Shown one piece after another: positions 17,501 to 26,302 of a stretch of DNA of 54,191 nt. The position numbers and the translations under genes are program-made. Under the pieces are notes generated by a model that made no database searches, had not been told where the DNA came from, and was given only the letters and a program-made list of their open reading frames with translations. The stretch is from an uncultured bacterium (GTDB lineage: Bacteria > Hydrogenedentota > Hydrogenedentia > Hydrogenedentales > CAITNO01): assembly GCA_937923585.1 (NCBI GenBank), contig CALDSM010000905.1:1-54191 (forward strand). The letters are read 5' to 3'. Each line of letters begins with the position of its first letter. The first letter of the stretch is position 1.

Positions 17501-18091
17501 GCCGCATTCCGCCGTCTCCGGCGTAGCGCCGTTGAGCGTCAGTCTGGGCGGGCCAATATGAAAGCAGGGACCGGATTCACTGTAGAAATCTCCTGGGACG
17601 ACGATGCCCTCCGGCACAAGGCTATTCCCTGGCGCGAGGATGATTATCGGGTAGCCGACATCCCCGAAACTGAAAACCATCCGGTAATTCCCGGCGGGCA
17701 GATCGTTCGGAACCGTCCAATGATCCGATGATTGCCAGTCAACCTTCGCCACAGGTGTTCCGCTGTCACAAGGACACAGCCACACCTCCGCGTCGGTGAA
17801 GTCGCGCGACACCAACCCCACGAATTGCTCTATTATCCACCCCCCAACACCACCCCACGATGCCCGTAGTGACACCCGCACCTCGTGCGTTGAGCCATTG
17901 GCCCAGTACTCGCCCGCAGCGGGGCCATGCAACGTAATGGTGAAAGTGAAGCATGTTTGTACGGATGTGAGGTCTATACAATATTGGCCGGGTATCGTCA
18001 GGCACCAGGCCGGCCCCCCTGCCGTTACAGCGATTGTTCCGATCAATAGAAACATGCCCATCCGGAGTGAAGCGGCCCTTCGCGTTCCCAT
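14537..18091 (-). CDS. Giant secreted adhesin-like protein: about 10 DUF5011-type Ig-like repeats, one InlB-B-type repeat, a PASTA domain and a Cys-motif C-terminal tail
   Basis: Signal-like N-terminus MGTRRAASLRMGMFLLIGTIAVTAGG. Repeated units PVITLNGSAEVTxECGxxYTDxGATAxDxCxGxxxVTTxGxVxTxxPGxYTLTY. InlB-B-like unit FAVSYAVVPPEGGTVTGPATITAGGTATVTVTANPGY. PASTA domain VSDVSGMPADQAQAIFAGAGLTVSVAEERSDSVPAGQVIRQEPASGVQVAAGTQVRLVVSSGP. Tail ANAGCACSGG...GDLFVGGLGVLALTPSRRRI. Confidence 0.8.
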   Translation of the reverse strand: MGTRRAASLRMGMFLLIGTIAVTAGGPAWCLTIPGQYCIDLTSVQTCFTFTITLHGPAAGEYWANGSTHEVRVSLRASWGGVGGWIIEQFVGLVSRDFTDAEVWLCPCDSGTPVAKVDWQSSDHWTVPNDLPAGNYRMVFSFGDVGYPIIILAPGNSLVPEGIVVPGDFYSESGPCFHIGPPRLTLNGATPETAECGETYTDAGATASDGFTPAFVVTTEGAVNTSVPGSYTLAYSAGGGNGSSPTPITRVVTVTDTQKPVITLNGSAEVTAECGTPYTDAGATAYDQCEGSVLVTMGGSVNTAEVGSYTLRYDTADGSGNIATQVTRVVTVTDTEKPVITLNGSTTVYVANGSAYADTGATAWDACAGNLAVTTTGTVNTQLSGLYMLHYSANDGHGNSAHSEPRWVNVVKPRYVGIECSANRVVATCSSPIQFTLWLSERPMDDPELTWSGTCAFTSAEVHPRSIDGLTYEVTVLGVLSPGTLCLNIPECSFIGQETGLCSTRTSSLPLGGGRTEESCCITVVDMQTPVIALNGEAGVTVECGSTYTDMGATATVACSESVAVTTTGSVDTAVPGAYTLTYSADDGHGNSALPVTRRVTVLDAEAPVIALNGSAEVTVECGATHTDMGATATDACSGSVAVTTTGSVDTAVPGAYTLTYDATDGPGFRALPVTRVVSVLDTQAPVIALNGSAEVMVECGATYTDMGATATDACSESVAVTKTGSVGTAVPGAYTLTYTADDGNWNSAAPVTRVVMVSDTLEPVITLTGDAAVTVECGASYLDAGASASDACSGALAVTTGGVVDTSVPGSYTLTYAASDGNGNSAAPITRVVNVTDTAVPVATLNGPSDMKVECGTNYAEAGATAMDACAGTLAVTTDGTVDTTAPGAYTLTYDASDGNGSNAVQVTRTVTVVDSTPPVITLLGVNPATVERHATYTDAGATATDSCAGDRTANIVAFNPVNTEVPGTYTVTYDVTDGNGNSAVQVPRVVKVVDTTPEAFAVSYAVVPPEGGTVTGPATITAGGTATVTVTANPGYVITSVGAGNGVVTSAPYTLLGVATDTTVTAVFAPQQAMVTVSDVSGMPADQAQAIFAGAGLTVSVAEERSDSVPAGQVIRQEPASGVQVAAGTQVRLVVSSGPANAGCACSGGANPFDFFKGQKALGDLFVGGLGVLALTPSRRRI
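16551..16559 (-). repeat. Homopolymeric C9 tract (G9 on the coding strand) inside the giant surface-protein CDS
   Basis: Positions 16551-16559 are nine consecutive C, encoding the GGG of ...SLPLGGGRTEE.... It is the longest homopolymer I found within a CDS in this window. Confidence 0.9.
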
Positions 18092-18502
18092 ATGCCCGTC
18101 CTCCACGACAGGGAAACAATGCCCGCAACGTCTGAAGACAGTCCCAATGTCCGCCCGACGTTTATACTATCGTCCCTGCCGCCGGGAGAATTGTATTACT
18201 AGAATCCCGATCTGTCAAGGAATTCCTTGGTGTGCGCAGATTGCTCCCCTGAAAGCGCGGCCGGCGTAGTGAGTCATCCTGACGGCATCCTGTTTTGACG
18301 CAAGAACGCCGCGAAAAGCGGGCCAACAGACACGCCTTTCACACTGCCGAAAGGCGAGTCAGTCCCCGTTTTTCGCCTGGTCTTCTAAGTTTGTTTAACT
18401 GACACCAATTGTGACTCACCACACTGGAAGCTATCCCTAGAAGCTATCCCAAAAACCATCCTGCAAACAACGGTCTTCATTCAAGGTCTGCTTGGTCCGT
18501 CA

Positions 18503-18560
18503 TCCCCGCGAAAGCGGGGACCCAGAGTTCCCGCGCAGAACCATGGATTTCCGCTTTCGG
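18503..18560. repeat. Short palindromic intergenic element (RESG..FRG-type repeat)
   Basis: Hairpin TCCCCGC-GAAA-GCGGGGA (18503-18520) with a degenerate inverted copy, TTTCCGCTTTCGGGG, at 18548-18562. It translates as ...HPRESGDPEF...MDFRFRG..., the spurious peptide typical of a widespread palindromic repeat family. Confidence 0.45.
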
Positions 18561-18724
18561 GGCCTTCCAAAAATACATTTCACCGCACAGGGTGTGCATC
18601 CGTGCGGATCTTTCGCCGAACAGTGTCCATTATTCGCGAATTCTGCCTGTGCGCGCTGTTTTCTGGTGCGCGGCACCGGTTTGCATTCTTCCGGTGCGGC
18701 TCTTCGGTCCTCCTTTTCCGGCTC

Positions 18725-19290
18725 CTATTGTGTTCGGTCCGGCAGTACCAGTGGTTTCCAGGTTCCTGTCAGCAGCATGAGGATGTGTGTGAGTTGGCGC
18801 CACAGCAGTTCCGCCCGCGCCCCGGCGCTGTCCCACATGCGGCACCTCTTCCAGTGCAGCAGGCTGCTCATCCGGGCGAACGCCCCCTCGCAGACCACCG
18901 AGCGGGCCCGCATCATGCGGCGGCGCCCTGACGCCCCCCCCGTGCGGCCCCAGCCCCAGCTCTGTGAGCGTCTTGCGGGTCTGTTCTATCTGCGGCCCAA
19001 GTTGGCCGCCATCGCCGCCCCCGTCCACCACCTGCGCGTGGACAACCGCGCCCGAATCCAGATCCGTCACGGCCTGGGCGTTGACGCCCGGCGCGAACGA
19101 GCCGTCCTTCTGCCGCATGATCGGCGCGTCCGGCTTGGTCACCGTGATGCGGTCCTCCGGTTTGTCCAGGCCGCGCGCCGACATGTCATCGCGCCCTCTG
19201 GAAGCGCTGCTCTGCGCCGCCGCGCGGTCTGCGAATAAGAAGCGCGCTGAGCGTGCGCAAGGCCTGTTGCCTCAACCAAAGATCCACCCT
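18725..19290 (-). pseudogene. Degenerate IS5/IS1182-like DDE transposase remnant (frameshifted, internally deleted)
   Basis: One frame (ORF 18630..19184) reads KPDAPIMRQKDGSFAPGVNAQAVTDLDSGAVVHAQVVDGGGDGGQLGPQIEQ, the conserved mid-region. Another frame (ORF 18725..18916) reads GAFARMSSLLHWKRCRMWDSAGARAELLWRQLTHILMLL, the conserved C-terminus. The region between them that should carry most of the DDE core is missing. Confidence 0.55.
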
Positions 19291-19455
19291 TAAGTCGGTT
19301 CGTTGTCTCACGCACGAATCCACCCGAGTTGAAACGCCGCGTCCAAAACGGCGAAAATGACGCATTCCCGGTAAGGTTCCCCATGGGGGGTGTTCTGCAT
19401 CCACAGGACACCGCCACGGCAAGAACCCTTTTTCCTGTCCTTGGAAAGGCAACCC

Positions 19456-22400
19456 ATGAGCAATCCGATTTTTGAGCCGGTGCCGACACCGTTCCGTTTT
19501 TCAGCGGCCGAGCACGACATTATCAAGTTCTGGCAGGAGCGGCAGGTCTATCACAAGAGCCTTGAACAGCGCCACGGCGCGCCGCCTTTCGTGTTTTACG
19601 AGGGGCCGCCCACGGCCAACGGCATGCCCCACCCCGGCCACTGCCTGACACGAACGATCAAGGACATCTTCCCGCGCTACAAGACCATGGACGGCTACTA
19701 CTGCGAACGCAAGGCCGGCTGGGACACGCACGGTCTGCCCGTTGAAATCGAGGTGTGCAAGCAGTTGGGCATCCTCGACGGCGGCAAGGCGGCCATTGAG
19801 GAGTACGGTGTCGAACAGTTCAACCGCGCCTGCATCGAGTCCGTGTTCCGATACCAGAAGGAATGGGAAGACCTCACCGACCGCATCGGCTTCTGGGTCA
19901 ACCTCGATGAGGCCTATGTCACCTTCCACCAGAGCTACGTGGAGAGCGTGTGGTGGGCGCTGAAAACGCTGTTCGACCGCGGCCTGCTCTACCAGGGCCA
20001 CAAGGTGGTCTGGTGGTGGGCGCAGGGCGGCACGGCCCTGTCCGCGGGCGAGGTGGGCGAGGGTTACCGTGACACCGACGACCCGGCCATCACCGTCCGG
20101 CTCGATTTGGACGACACCTCGCACAGGAAACTAGGCCTCGACTGCCGCGCCAGCCTGCTCATCTGGACAACCACCCCGTGGACCCTGTCGAGCAACTGCG
20201 CCGCCTGCGTCGGCGCGGACATTGACTACGCGCTGGTACACCGCATCGAGGGCGACACGCGGTCCGTGTTCATCCTGGCCGCGTCGCTGGTCGAGAAGTA
20301 CTTCGGCGAGGGTGCCGAAGTGATCCGCACCGTGAAGGGCGCCGATCTGCTCGGGCTCAAGTACGTCCCGCTGTTCCATTACGGCGAACCGGAGCATCTC
20401 GAGGGCGGCGCGGAAGCGGAACGCTGCTGGGAGGTGATCCCGGGCGATTTCGTGGACCTCGAAACCGGAACAGGCATCGTACACATCGCGCCGGCCTACG
20501 GCGAGGACGACTACCGCGTGTGCAGGGAGCAGGGCATCGGCTTCCTGTGCTTCGTCAAGCCAGACGGCACTTTTGACGCACGCGTCACCGACGTGGACCC
20601 CTATGACGGCGCGCCCATCGCGGGCCAGTTCTGCAAGGACGCCGACAAGGCCATCATCCGCGTGCTCAAGGAGCGCGGCATGGTGCTCCGGCACGAGCAG
20701 TACAAACACTCGTACCCGTTCTGCCCGCGCGCCGAGGACGATCCGCTCATCCAGTACGCGCGCAAGAGCTGGTTCATCCGCACCTCGCAGTTCATTGAGC
20801 AGTTTGTGGCGAACAACCGCGAAATCAACTGGCAGCCCGAGCACATTCGCGACGGGCGCTTCGGCAACTTCCTCGAGAACAACGTGGACTGGGCGCTCTC
20901 GCGCGAGCGCTACTGGGGCACGCCGCTGCCCGTGTGGGTCTGCGAGAAGACCGGAAAGATGGAGTGCATCGCGTCCTACGCCGAACTGATGGCGAAGCCG
21001 AACGTGCAGGGCACGGACGTGTGGGCGAAGGCCAAGGCCGCAGACCCCGCGCTCAGCGATCACCTCAAGGTGCACAAGCCCTACATTGACGCCGTTACCT
21101 ACCAAAGCCCCTTCGACTCCTCGGCGCGCATGCGCCGCGTGACCGAGGTGATTGATGTGTGGTTCGACGCGGGTTCCATGCCCTTTGCGCAGTGGGGCTT
21201 TCCGCACGTGCCCGGTTCGGAAGAACTGCTCATGTCGCACTTCCCCGCGGATTTCATCAGCGAGGGGCTCGACCAGACGCGCGGCTGGTTTTACGCGCTG
21301 CTGGCCATCAGCACCGTCGTGTTTGGCGAGGACCGCGCGCGCTGGCCGCACCCGTTCAAGAACTGCATCTGCCTCGGGCTCGTTCACGGCGAGGACGGGC
21401 TGAAGCTGTCCAAGCGCCTGCGCAACTACAAGGACCCGAACGAGCTCTTCGACACCTACAGCGCCGACGCGCTGCGCTGGAGCCTCATCGCGAAGAATCC
21501 GCCGACCACGGCCATCCGGCTCACCGAGCGCAATGTGGAGGAGGCGCAGCGCGAGATGATGCTGCGCTGGTACAACGTCTACAGCTTCTTCGCCATTTAC
21601 GCCAACCTCGACGGGTTCGATCCCTTTGACGCGCCCGACGCGCTGCTGCTCAGCCTGGGCTGCGCCAATGCGGCGCCGCGCGCAAATGCCGGCGCAGAAC
21701 GGCCTGCCTTTGCGTCCGCGGACGAACGCGGCGAACTGGACCGCTGGATGCTCAACGAGCTGCACCGCACCGTCGTCGCCGTGCGCGAGGCCATGGACAA
21801 CTACGAGACCTATCCGGCCGCCCGCGCGCTGACCGAATTCCTCGACGGCATGTCCAACTGGTACGTGCGCCGCAGCCGCGCGCGCTTCTGGGCCAGCACA
21901 TGGTCGCAGGACAAGACCAACGCCTACTGGACGCTCTATGAGTGCCTGCTCAAGCTGGCGCAGATGATGGCGCCGTTCACGCCGTTCTTCGCCGAGACCA
22001 CCTGGCGCAATCTGGCCGGGCCGCTGCCCGGCGCGCCGGACAGCGTGCATCTGTCCAATTTCCCGCGCGCCGACAAGGCCACGCTGGACTGGTCGCTCAT
22101 CGAGGACATGGCGCTCACGCGCGACGCGGTCAACCTCGGCCTGAGCGCGCGGCGCACGGCCAACCTCAAGGTGCGCCAGCCGCTGGGCCACTGCCAGATC
22201 ATCCTCGCCTCCGAGCGCTTCCGCGACGCGCTCGTGCGCCATGCCGATCTGCTGCTCGAAGAGCTGAACATCAAGGAAATCGCCTTCAGCGAGACGCCGG
22301 ACGAATACGTGACCTACGAGGTCAAGCCCAACTTCAAAGTGCTCGGCCCCAAATGCGGCGCGAAGGTGAAGAAAGTGGGTGCGGCGCTGTCTCAGGGCTC

Positions 22401-22839
22401 CGGCGCGGCCTTCTTCGCGCAGATGCGCGACACCGGCGCGATCCGTCTCGACATTGACGGCGAGACCATTGAACTCGGCAGCGAAGACGTGGATGTGCGG
22501 CTTCAGACCAAGCCCGGCTTTGCCGCCGCGCAGAGCGCGAACATGGTGGTGGTGCTCTCCACGGAGATCACCGAGGAGCTGCGCCACGAGGGCTGGGTCC
22601 GCGACTTCGTGCGCATCGTGCAGGACCTGCGCAAGGAGCAGAACGTCGCCTACGACGCCCGCGTCGAAATCGCCGTGCACACCGCCGACAAGACATTGGA
22701 GGCGGTGCTGCGCAAGTTCGAGACAGCCATCGCCGAGACCGTGCTGGCCCGCACGGTCCGCTACGTGGACGCACCGCCCGAGGGCGGCCGCACCGGTGAC
22801 ACCGAGGCTGGTGAGGTCACGGTTTTGATGACACCGTAA
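19456..22839 (+). CDS. ileS: Isoleucine--tRNA ligase (type 2)
   Basis: 1127 aa. Class I motifs HPGH (HIGH) and KLSKRL (KMSKS). N-terminus ...FWQERQVYHKSLEQRHGAPPFVFYEGPPTANGMPHPGH. Start moved to the ATG at 19456. Confidence 0.95.
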   Translation: MSNPIFEPVPTPFRFSAAEHDIIKFWQERQVYHKSLEQRHGAPPFVFYEGPPTANGMPHPGHCLTRTIKDIFPRYKTMDGYYCERKAGWDTHGLPVEIEVCKQLGILDGGKAAIEEYGVEQFNRACIESVFRYQKEWEDLTDRIGFWVNLDEAYVTFHQSYVESVWWALKTLFDRGLLYQGHKVVWWWAQGGTALSAGEVGEGYRDTDDPAITVRLDLDDTSHRKLGLDCRASLLIWTTTPWTLSSNCAACVGADIDYALVHRIEGDTRSVFILAASLVEKYFGEGAEVIRTVKGADLLGLKYVPLFHYGEPEHLEGGAEAERCWEVIPGDFVDLETGTGIVHIAPAYGEDDYRVCREQGIGFLCFVKPDGTFDARVTDVDPYDGAPIAGQFCKDADKAIIRVLKERGMVLRHEQYKHSYPFCPRAEDDPLIQYARKSWFIRTSQFIEQFVANNREINWQPEHIRDGRFGNFLENNVDWALSRERYWGTPLPVWVCEKTGKMECIASYAELMAKPNVQGTDVWAKAKAADPALSDHLKVHKPYIDAVTYQSPFDSSARMRRVTEVIDVWFDAGSMPFAQWGFPHVPGSEELLMSHFPADFISEGLDQTRGWFYALLAISTVVFGEDRARWPHPFKNCICLGLVHGEDGLKLSKRLRNYKDPNELFDTYSADALRWSLIAKNPPTTAIRLTERNVEEAQREMMLRWYNVYSFFAIYANLDGFDPFDAPDALLLSLGCANAAPRANAGAERPAFASADERGELDRWMLNELHRTVVAVREAMDNYETYPAARALTEFLDGMSNWYVRRSRARFWASTWSQDKTNAYWTLYECLLKLAQMMAPFTPFFAETTWRNLAGPLPGAPDSVHLSNFPRADKATLDWSLIEDMALTRDAVNLGLSARRTANLKVRQPLGHCQIILASERFRDALVRHADLLLEELNIKEIAFSETPDEYVTYEVKPNFKVLGPKCGAKVKKVGAALSQGSGAAFFAQMRDTGAIRLDIDGETIELGSEDVDVRLQTKPGFAAAQSANMVVVLSTEITEELRHEGWVRDFVRIVQDLRKEQNVAYDARVEIAVHTADKTLEAVLRKFETAIAETVLARTVRYVDAPPEGGRTGDTEAGEVTVLMTP

Positions 22840-22876
22840 GTATCGCGCATTCGCTGCGCTGCGCGGTTAATGGGAG

Positions 22877-22941
22877 CGCCGGCATCCCTGCCGGCTCCGG
22901 ATCATTGCGCCGTTCAAACGCAGCCGGCAGGGATGCCGGCG
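22877..22941. terminator. Bidirectional terminator-like nested inverted repeat between convergent genes
   Basis: CGCCGGCATCCCTGCCGGCT (22877-22896) is the perfect reverse complement of AGCCGGCAGGGATGCCGGCG (22922-22941). Each arm is itself a 7-bp hairpin (GCCGGCA-TCCC-TGCCGGC). Confidence 0.55.
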
Positions 22942-22952
22942 TTCCCGGTAGA

Positions 22953-23765
22953 TTACCGGGCTGCCCCCGGTGCATAGCCGTCTTCCGTGCCGGTCTGTCG
23001 GCGGTAACTGCCGTCGGGCGTGTTGTAGAACTGGATGATGCGGAGCAGTTCTTCCAGCGAGACCTTCCAGTCGCGCGGGTTGTAGTCGCTGTCGTGGGGC
23101 GTGCAACCCTGCCCTCCCGGACCGGCTGCATAACCGTCCTCCGTGGATGCGTCGCAGTGGAACACTCTGATGTTGTGAAGCTGCACCATCCGCAGCACTT
23201 CGGAAAGGGAAATGCGCCAGTCCCCGTTGTAGTCCGCAGAATGCGGCTTCGGCCCCCGGGTCACCGCAATTCCCCCGTCCGCAGCGTTCAGCGAGACCGG
23301 GTTTCCGGCGGCATCGGACGCATTCGCCTCCGTGCAGCGCACGACGGCAGAAGTACCCGCTGCGACTGCCGGGTTCACCTGGAAATTCAGACAGACCAAC
23401 TCCGCCTGCGGCAGCGCGGTCTTACCCCCGTAAATGACGACGGTGACCGATTTCCCGTGCGGCTCGAAATCAAACGCCTTGCCCGCCCCCGCCAGCGCGG
23501 CTCCGGCCGAAACGCCGGACAGCGTCATCCAGTCCGCATCCCACGCGGCATGCAGCACCAGCGCGGACGGTTCCGCCGGCAATCCGTCCCATGAACCGGA
23601 CACCGGTACGGATGCCCCCGCCCCCGCCGCAGTCTCCGCGCTTCCCAGGGAGAGGTTTGCCGCGGCCTTCACCGCCATCCCTGCGGGGCCGCCGGACAGG
23701 CACAGGATTCCCGCCATTGCCAGGCAGGCTGTAACGGCGCGCCGTGCCTTTTCCATGGATGCCAT
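22953..23765 (-). CDS. Secreted cohesin-like domain protein with two dockerin/EF-hand-like C-terminal repeats
   Basis: Signal MASMEKARRAVTACLAMAGILCLSG, then a ~150-aa beta-rich cohesin-like segment. Two repeats follow: DYNGDWRISLSEVLRMVQLHN...TEDGYAAGPG and DYNPRDWKVSLEELLRIIQFYN...TEDGYAPG. The first fits a D-x-N-x-D...E Ca-binding loop. Confidence 0.55.
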   Translation of the reverse strand: MASMEKARRAVTACLAMAGILCLSGGPAGMAVKAAANLSLGSAETAAGAGASVPVSGSWDGLPAEPSALVLHAAWDADWMTLSGVSAGAALAGAGKAFDFEPHGKSVTVVIYGGKTALPQAELVCLNFQVNPAVAAGTSAVVRCTEANASDAAGNPVSLNAADGGIAVTRGPKPHSADYNGDWRISLSEVLRMVQLHNIRVFHCDASTEDGYAAGPGGQGCTPHDSDYNPRDWKVSLEELLRIIQFYNTPDGSYRRQTGTEDGYAPGAAR

Positions 23766-23950
23766 GCTCCGTTGCCCGATTGCGCTGAAGTATAACACCG
23801 CCGCCGGACACCGCGCCTGCAAGGCGGTTTTTGGGTCCGCCCCCGTCCGTGTTACACTGGACACCGTCATAAAGCCCCGTAAAGGGGCCGTGGCGGCACG
23901 ACTATTCCCACGCGGACGGCATCACGACAACACACCGGAATTTTCGCAAT

Positions 23951-26296
23951 ATGATCAGGCACTGGATGGCGGTATTTATGGCCGCATGGACGGTTTCCCT
24001 CGCCGCAGGCGCGCTGGAGGCGGGTGCAGGGAAGGCGGACATCACCGCGCCCATCGGCACCCCGCTCAACGGCTACGGCGACCGCATGGGCCGCAGTTCC
24101 ACCGGGGTACACGACCCCATTATGGCGCGGGCGCTCTATCTGGACGATGGCACCACGCGCCTGTTCCTCGTCAGTGTGGACCTCGTTGCCGTCAACCCCG
24201 AACTGCGCGCTCGGGTGCTCGAAATCGCCCCCGACGTCGTGCCGCGCGAGAACGTCATTCTCTGCGCCACGCACACGCACAACGGCCAGGGCGGCATGAC
24301 GCCCAATCTGCTCATCCGCGCCGTTTCGGGGCGCTTCATCCCGGAAGTGCTGGAATCCACGGCCATCGGCATCACCCAGGCCATGCGGCAGGCCTATGAC
24401 ACCCGCAAACGCGCCGCCATCGGCTTTGGCACGGCAAAGCAGACCGCACTCACATCGAACCGCCGTTTTTCCGGCGGGCCGACGGACGACCAGATAGGCG
24501 TTGTCCTGGTCGAGGACGCCGACGGCAAGCCCATCAGCGTCGTCGCCAACATGGCCGGACATCCCACCACCATCGGCGACGGGCCGGAGCACTACGAGTT
24601 TTCCGCCGACTATCCGGGCTACTACTGCAAGGAAATGGAGGAGTTGACCGCGCCCGAGTGCGTTGCCCTGTTCCTGAACGGCGCAGAGGGCAACCAGACG
24701 GCGGGCAATCCCGACGGCAAGTCCGGCTGGGAACGCACCGAAGGACTTGGCCGCGCGCTGGCCTACCGGGTGAAGGAAGCTATCAACGACATCGCCTGCG
24801 GCGAGGCCACGCTCAAGGTCAACTCTGCCGAACCCAAACTGCCGCTGACCCTCGCCAGCACGCTCCAGCCGGACAAGGTCTTCCTGCAGACGCTGGAGAT
24901 CAACGATCTGCTGATGACCTTTCTCCCCGGCGAGCCCTGTGTGGAAATCGGCCTTGAACTGCGCAACCGGGCGCTGGCGCGCGGCTATGCCGCCCAGTTC
25001 ACCGTGGGCCTGTCCAACAATTACATCATGTATTTCACCCCCAAGTCGCTCTATGCCGAGTTCAACTACGAGGCGTCCAGTTCCTTCTTCGGCCCCCGCA
25101 TGGAAGACTGGTTCTACAGGGAATTCACCCGGCTCATGAGCAAGGGCGAGCTGCTTCCGGACCCGCCCGCACCCGATCCCGCACAACCGCAGGAACTCAA
25201 GGGCGGCATGCTGCTCAACCTTGCGGGCGACCCCTATGCCGTGGGCGTGGCCCGGGGCAGGGCGTTTCAGGAAGACCTGAAGCTGCGCTACAACGACCGT
25301 ATCTACCAGCCGGTCGCCTCCGGCGCGTGGTATCCGCCCGACAGCATATGGGCCAAACTGCCCAGGTTCATTGACCCGACCTCGCTGCTCGTGCCGATGA
25401 TGGGCATGGCGGCGCGGCCGCTGCTCAAGGGCGTGCCCGACGCCGCATTCCGCGAGATCGAGGGGCTTGCCGACGGGGCGGGACTGCCTTTTGACGCCAT
25501 GTGGCTCCTGCAGAACGCCACCACCTTCGGTGCGCTCGAAGACAAGACGTCCCTGTTCGCCACGCCCCTGTGTACGATGTTTGCCGCCACGGGCCTGCGG
25601 GCAGGCGCCGACGACCTGCTGGTCGCGCGCAACCTCGACTGGACCTATGACGAGCTGCCCTTGGTCACCAAGGTCACCCCGGCCGAAGGGCACAAGTACG
25701 TCCAGGTCGGATTCACCTGGAATGCCGGAGTGTTCACCGGCATGAACGACGCCGGACTGGTGGTCTGCGTCGAGCGCATGCCCGGCGCGCCCGCCCCGGA
25801 GAAACAGGGCCCGCCCATCGAGATGGTGCTGCGCGAACTGTTGCAGACCAAGGACAAGTTTGAACCCGCACTGGCAATGCTTGCCGCGCAGGAGCACGTG
25901 CGCGGCGCGCATGTGCTCGTGGCGGGCTTCGAGGGCAAGACGCCCAAGCCCTTTGCCGCCGTGATCGAGTACGGTCCAACCGTGACCGTGCGGCGCAGCG
26001 ACAAGGAGGGGCTGCTGACCGGAACCGACCCGGCGTCCGCATCCGCGGACGAGGCCGCGCGCAGCCGCTACGGACGCGTGCTGGCCATGGCGTCGGAGAA
26101 GCGCATCGTGGGCGACCGCGAAATGCAGCGCATACTCGGCGACAGGGAAGCGGGGAAGGAGGGGCTGTCCACGGTGTTCAACAGCCAGACCCGGCACAGC
26201 GTGGTCTTTGTGCCCAAGAGCGGCAAACTGTACGTGGCCTTTCCGGACAAGGACGGGATGATCGGCCCGTATAACACGATCTCCGTGAAGGAGTAG
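23951..26296 (+). CDS. Fusion protein: neutral/alkaline ceramidase-like N-terminal domain plus peptidase-C45 (acyl-CoA:6-APA acyltransferase-like Ntn hydrolase) C-terminal domain
   Basis: N-terminal GAGKADITAPIGTPLNGYGDRMGRSSTGVHDPIMARALYLDDGTTRLFLVSVDLVAV and ILCATHTHNGQGG are ceramidase-like. The C-terminal half starts LNLAGDPYAVGVARGRAFQEDLK and carries the candidate nucleophile in TPLCTMFAATG and VARNLDW, as in C45 family members. Confidence 0.7.
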   Translation: MIRHWMAVFMAAWTVSLAAGALEAGAGKADITAPIGTPLNGYGDRMGRSSTGVHDPIMARALYLDDGTTRLFLVSVDLVAVNPELRARVLEIAPDVVPRENVILCATHTHNGQGGMTPNLLIRAVSGRFIPEVLESTAIGITQAMRQAYDTRKRAAIGFGTAKQTALTSNRRFSGGPTDDQIGVVLVEDADGKPISVVANMAGHPTTIGDGPEHYEFSADYPGYYCKEMEELTAPECVALFLNGAEGNQTAGNPDGKSGWERTEGLGRALAYRVKEAINDIACGEATLKVNSAEPKLPLTLASTLQPDKVFLQTLEINDLLMTFLPGEPCVEIGLELRNRALARGYAAQFTVGLSNNYIMYFTPKSLYAEFNYEASSSFFGPRMEDWFYREFTRLMSKGELLPDPPAPDPAQPQELKGGMLLNLAGDPYAVGVARGRAFQEDLKLRYNDRIYQPVASGAWYPPDSIWAKLPRFIDPTSLLVPMMGMAARPLLKGVPDAAFREIEGLADGAGLPFDAMWLLQNATTFGALEDKTSLFATPLCTMFAATGLRAGADDLLVARNLDWTYDELPLVTKVTPAEGHKYVQVGFTWNAGVFTGMNDAGLVVCVERMPGAPAPEKQGPPIEMVLRELLQTKDKFEPALAMLAAQEHVRGAHVLVAGFEGKTPKPFAAVIEYGPTVTVRRSDKEGLLTGTDPASASADEAARSRYGRVLAMASEKRIVGDREMQRILGDREAGKEGLSTVFNSQTRHSVVFVPKSGKLYVAFPDKDGMIGPYNTISVKE

Positions 26297-26302
26297 GGTT
26301 CC

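Noticed and set aside
21611-21625. tRNA T-arm-like string GGGTTCGATCCC
   Set aside because: It lies inside the ileS CDS, with no acceptor, D or anticodon arms around it. I found no convincing tRNA anywhere in the window.
20131-22680. 849-aa ORF antisense to ileS
   Set aside because: It lies entirely inside the strongly supported ileS CDS. Its translation is Arg/Gly/Ala/His-rich with no motifs. This is the typical shadow ORF of high-GC DNA, where stop codons are rare on the antisense strand.
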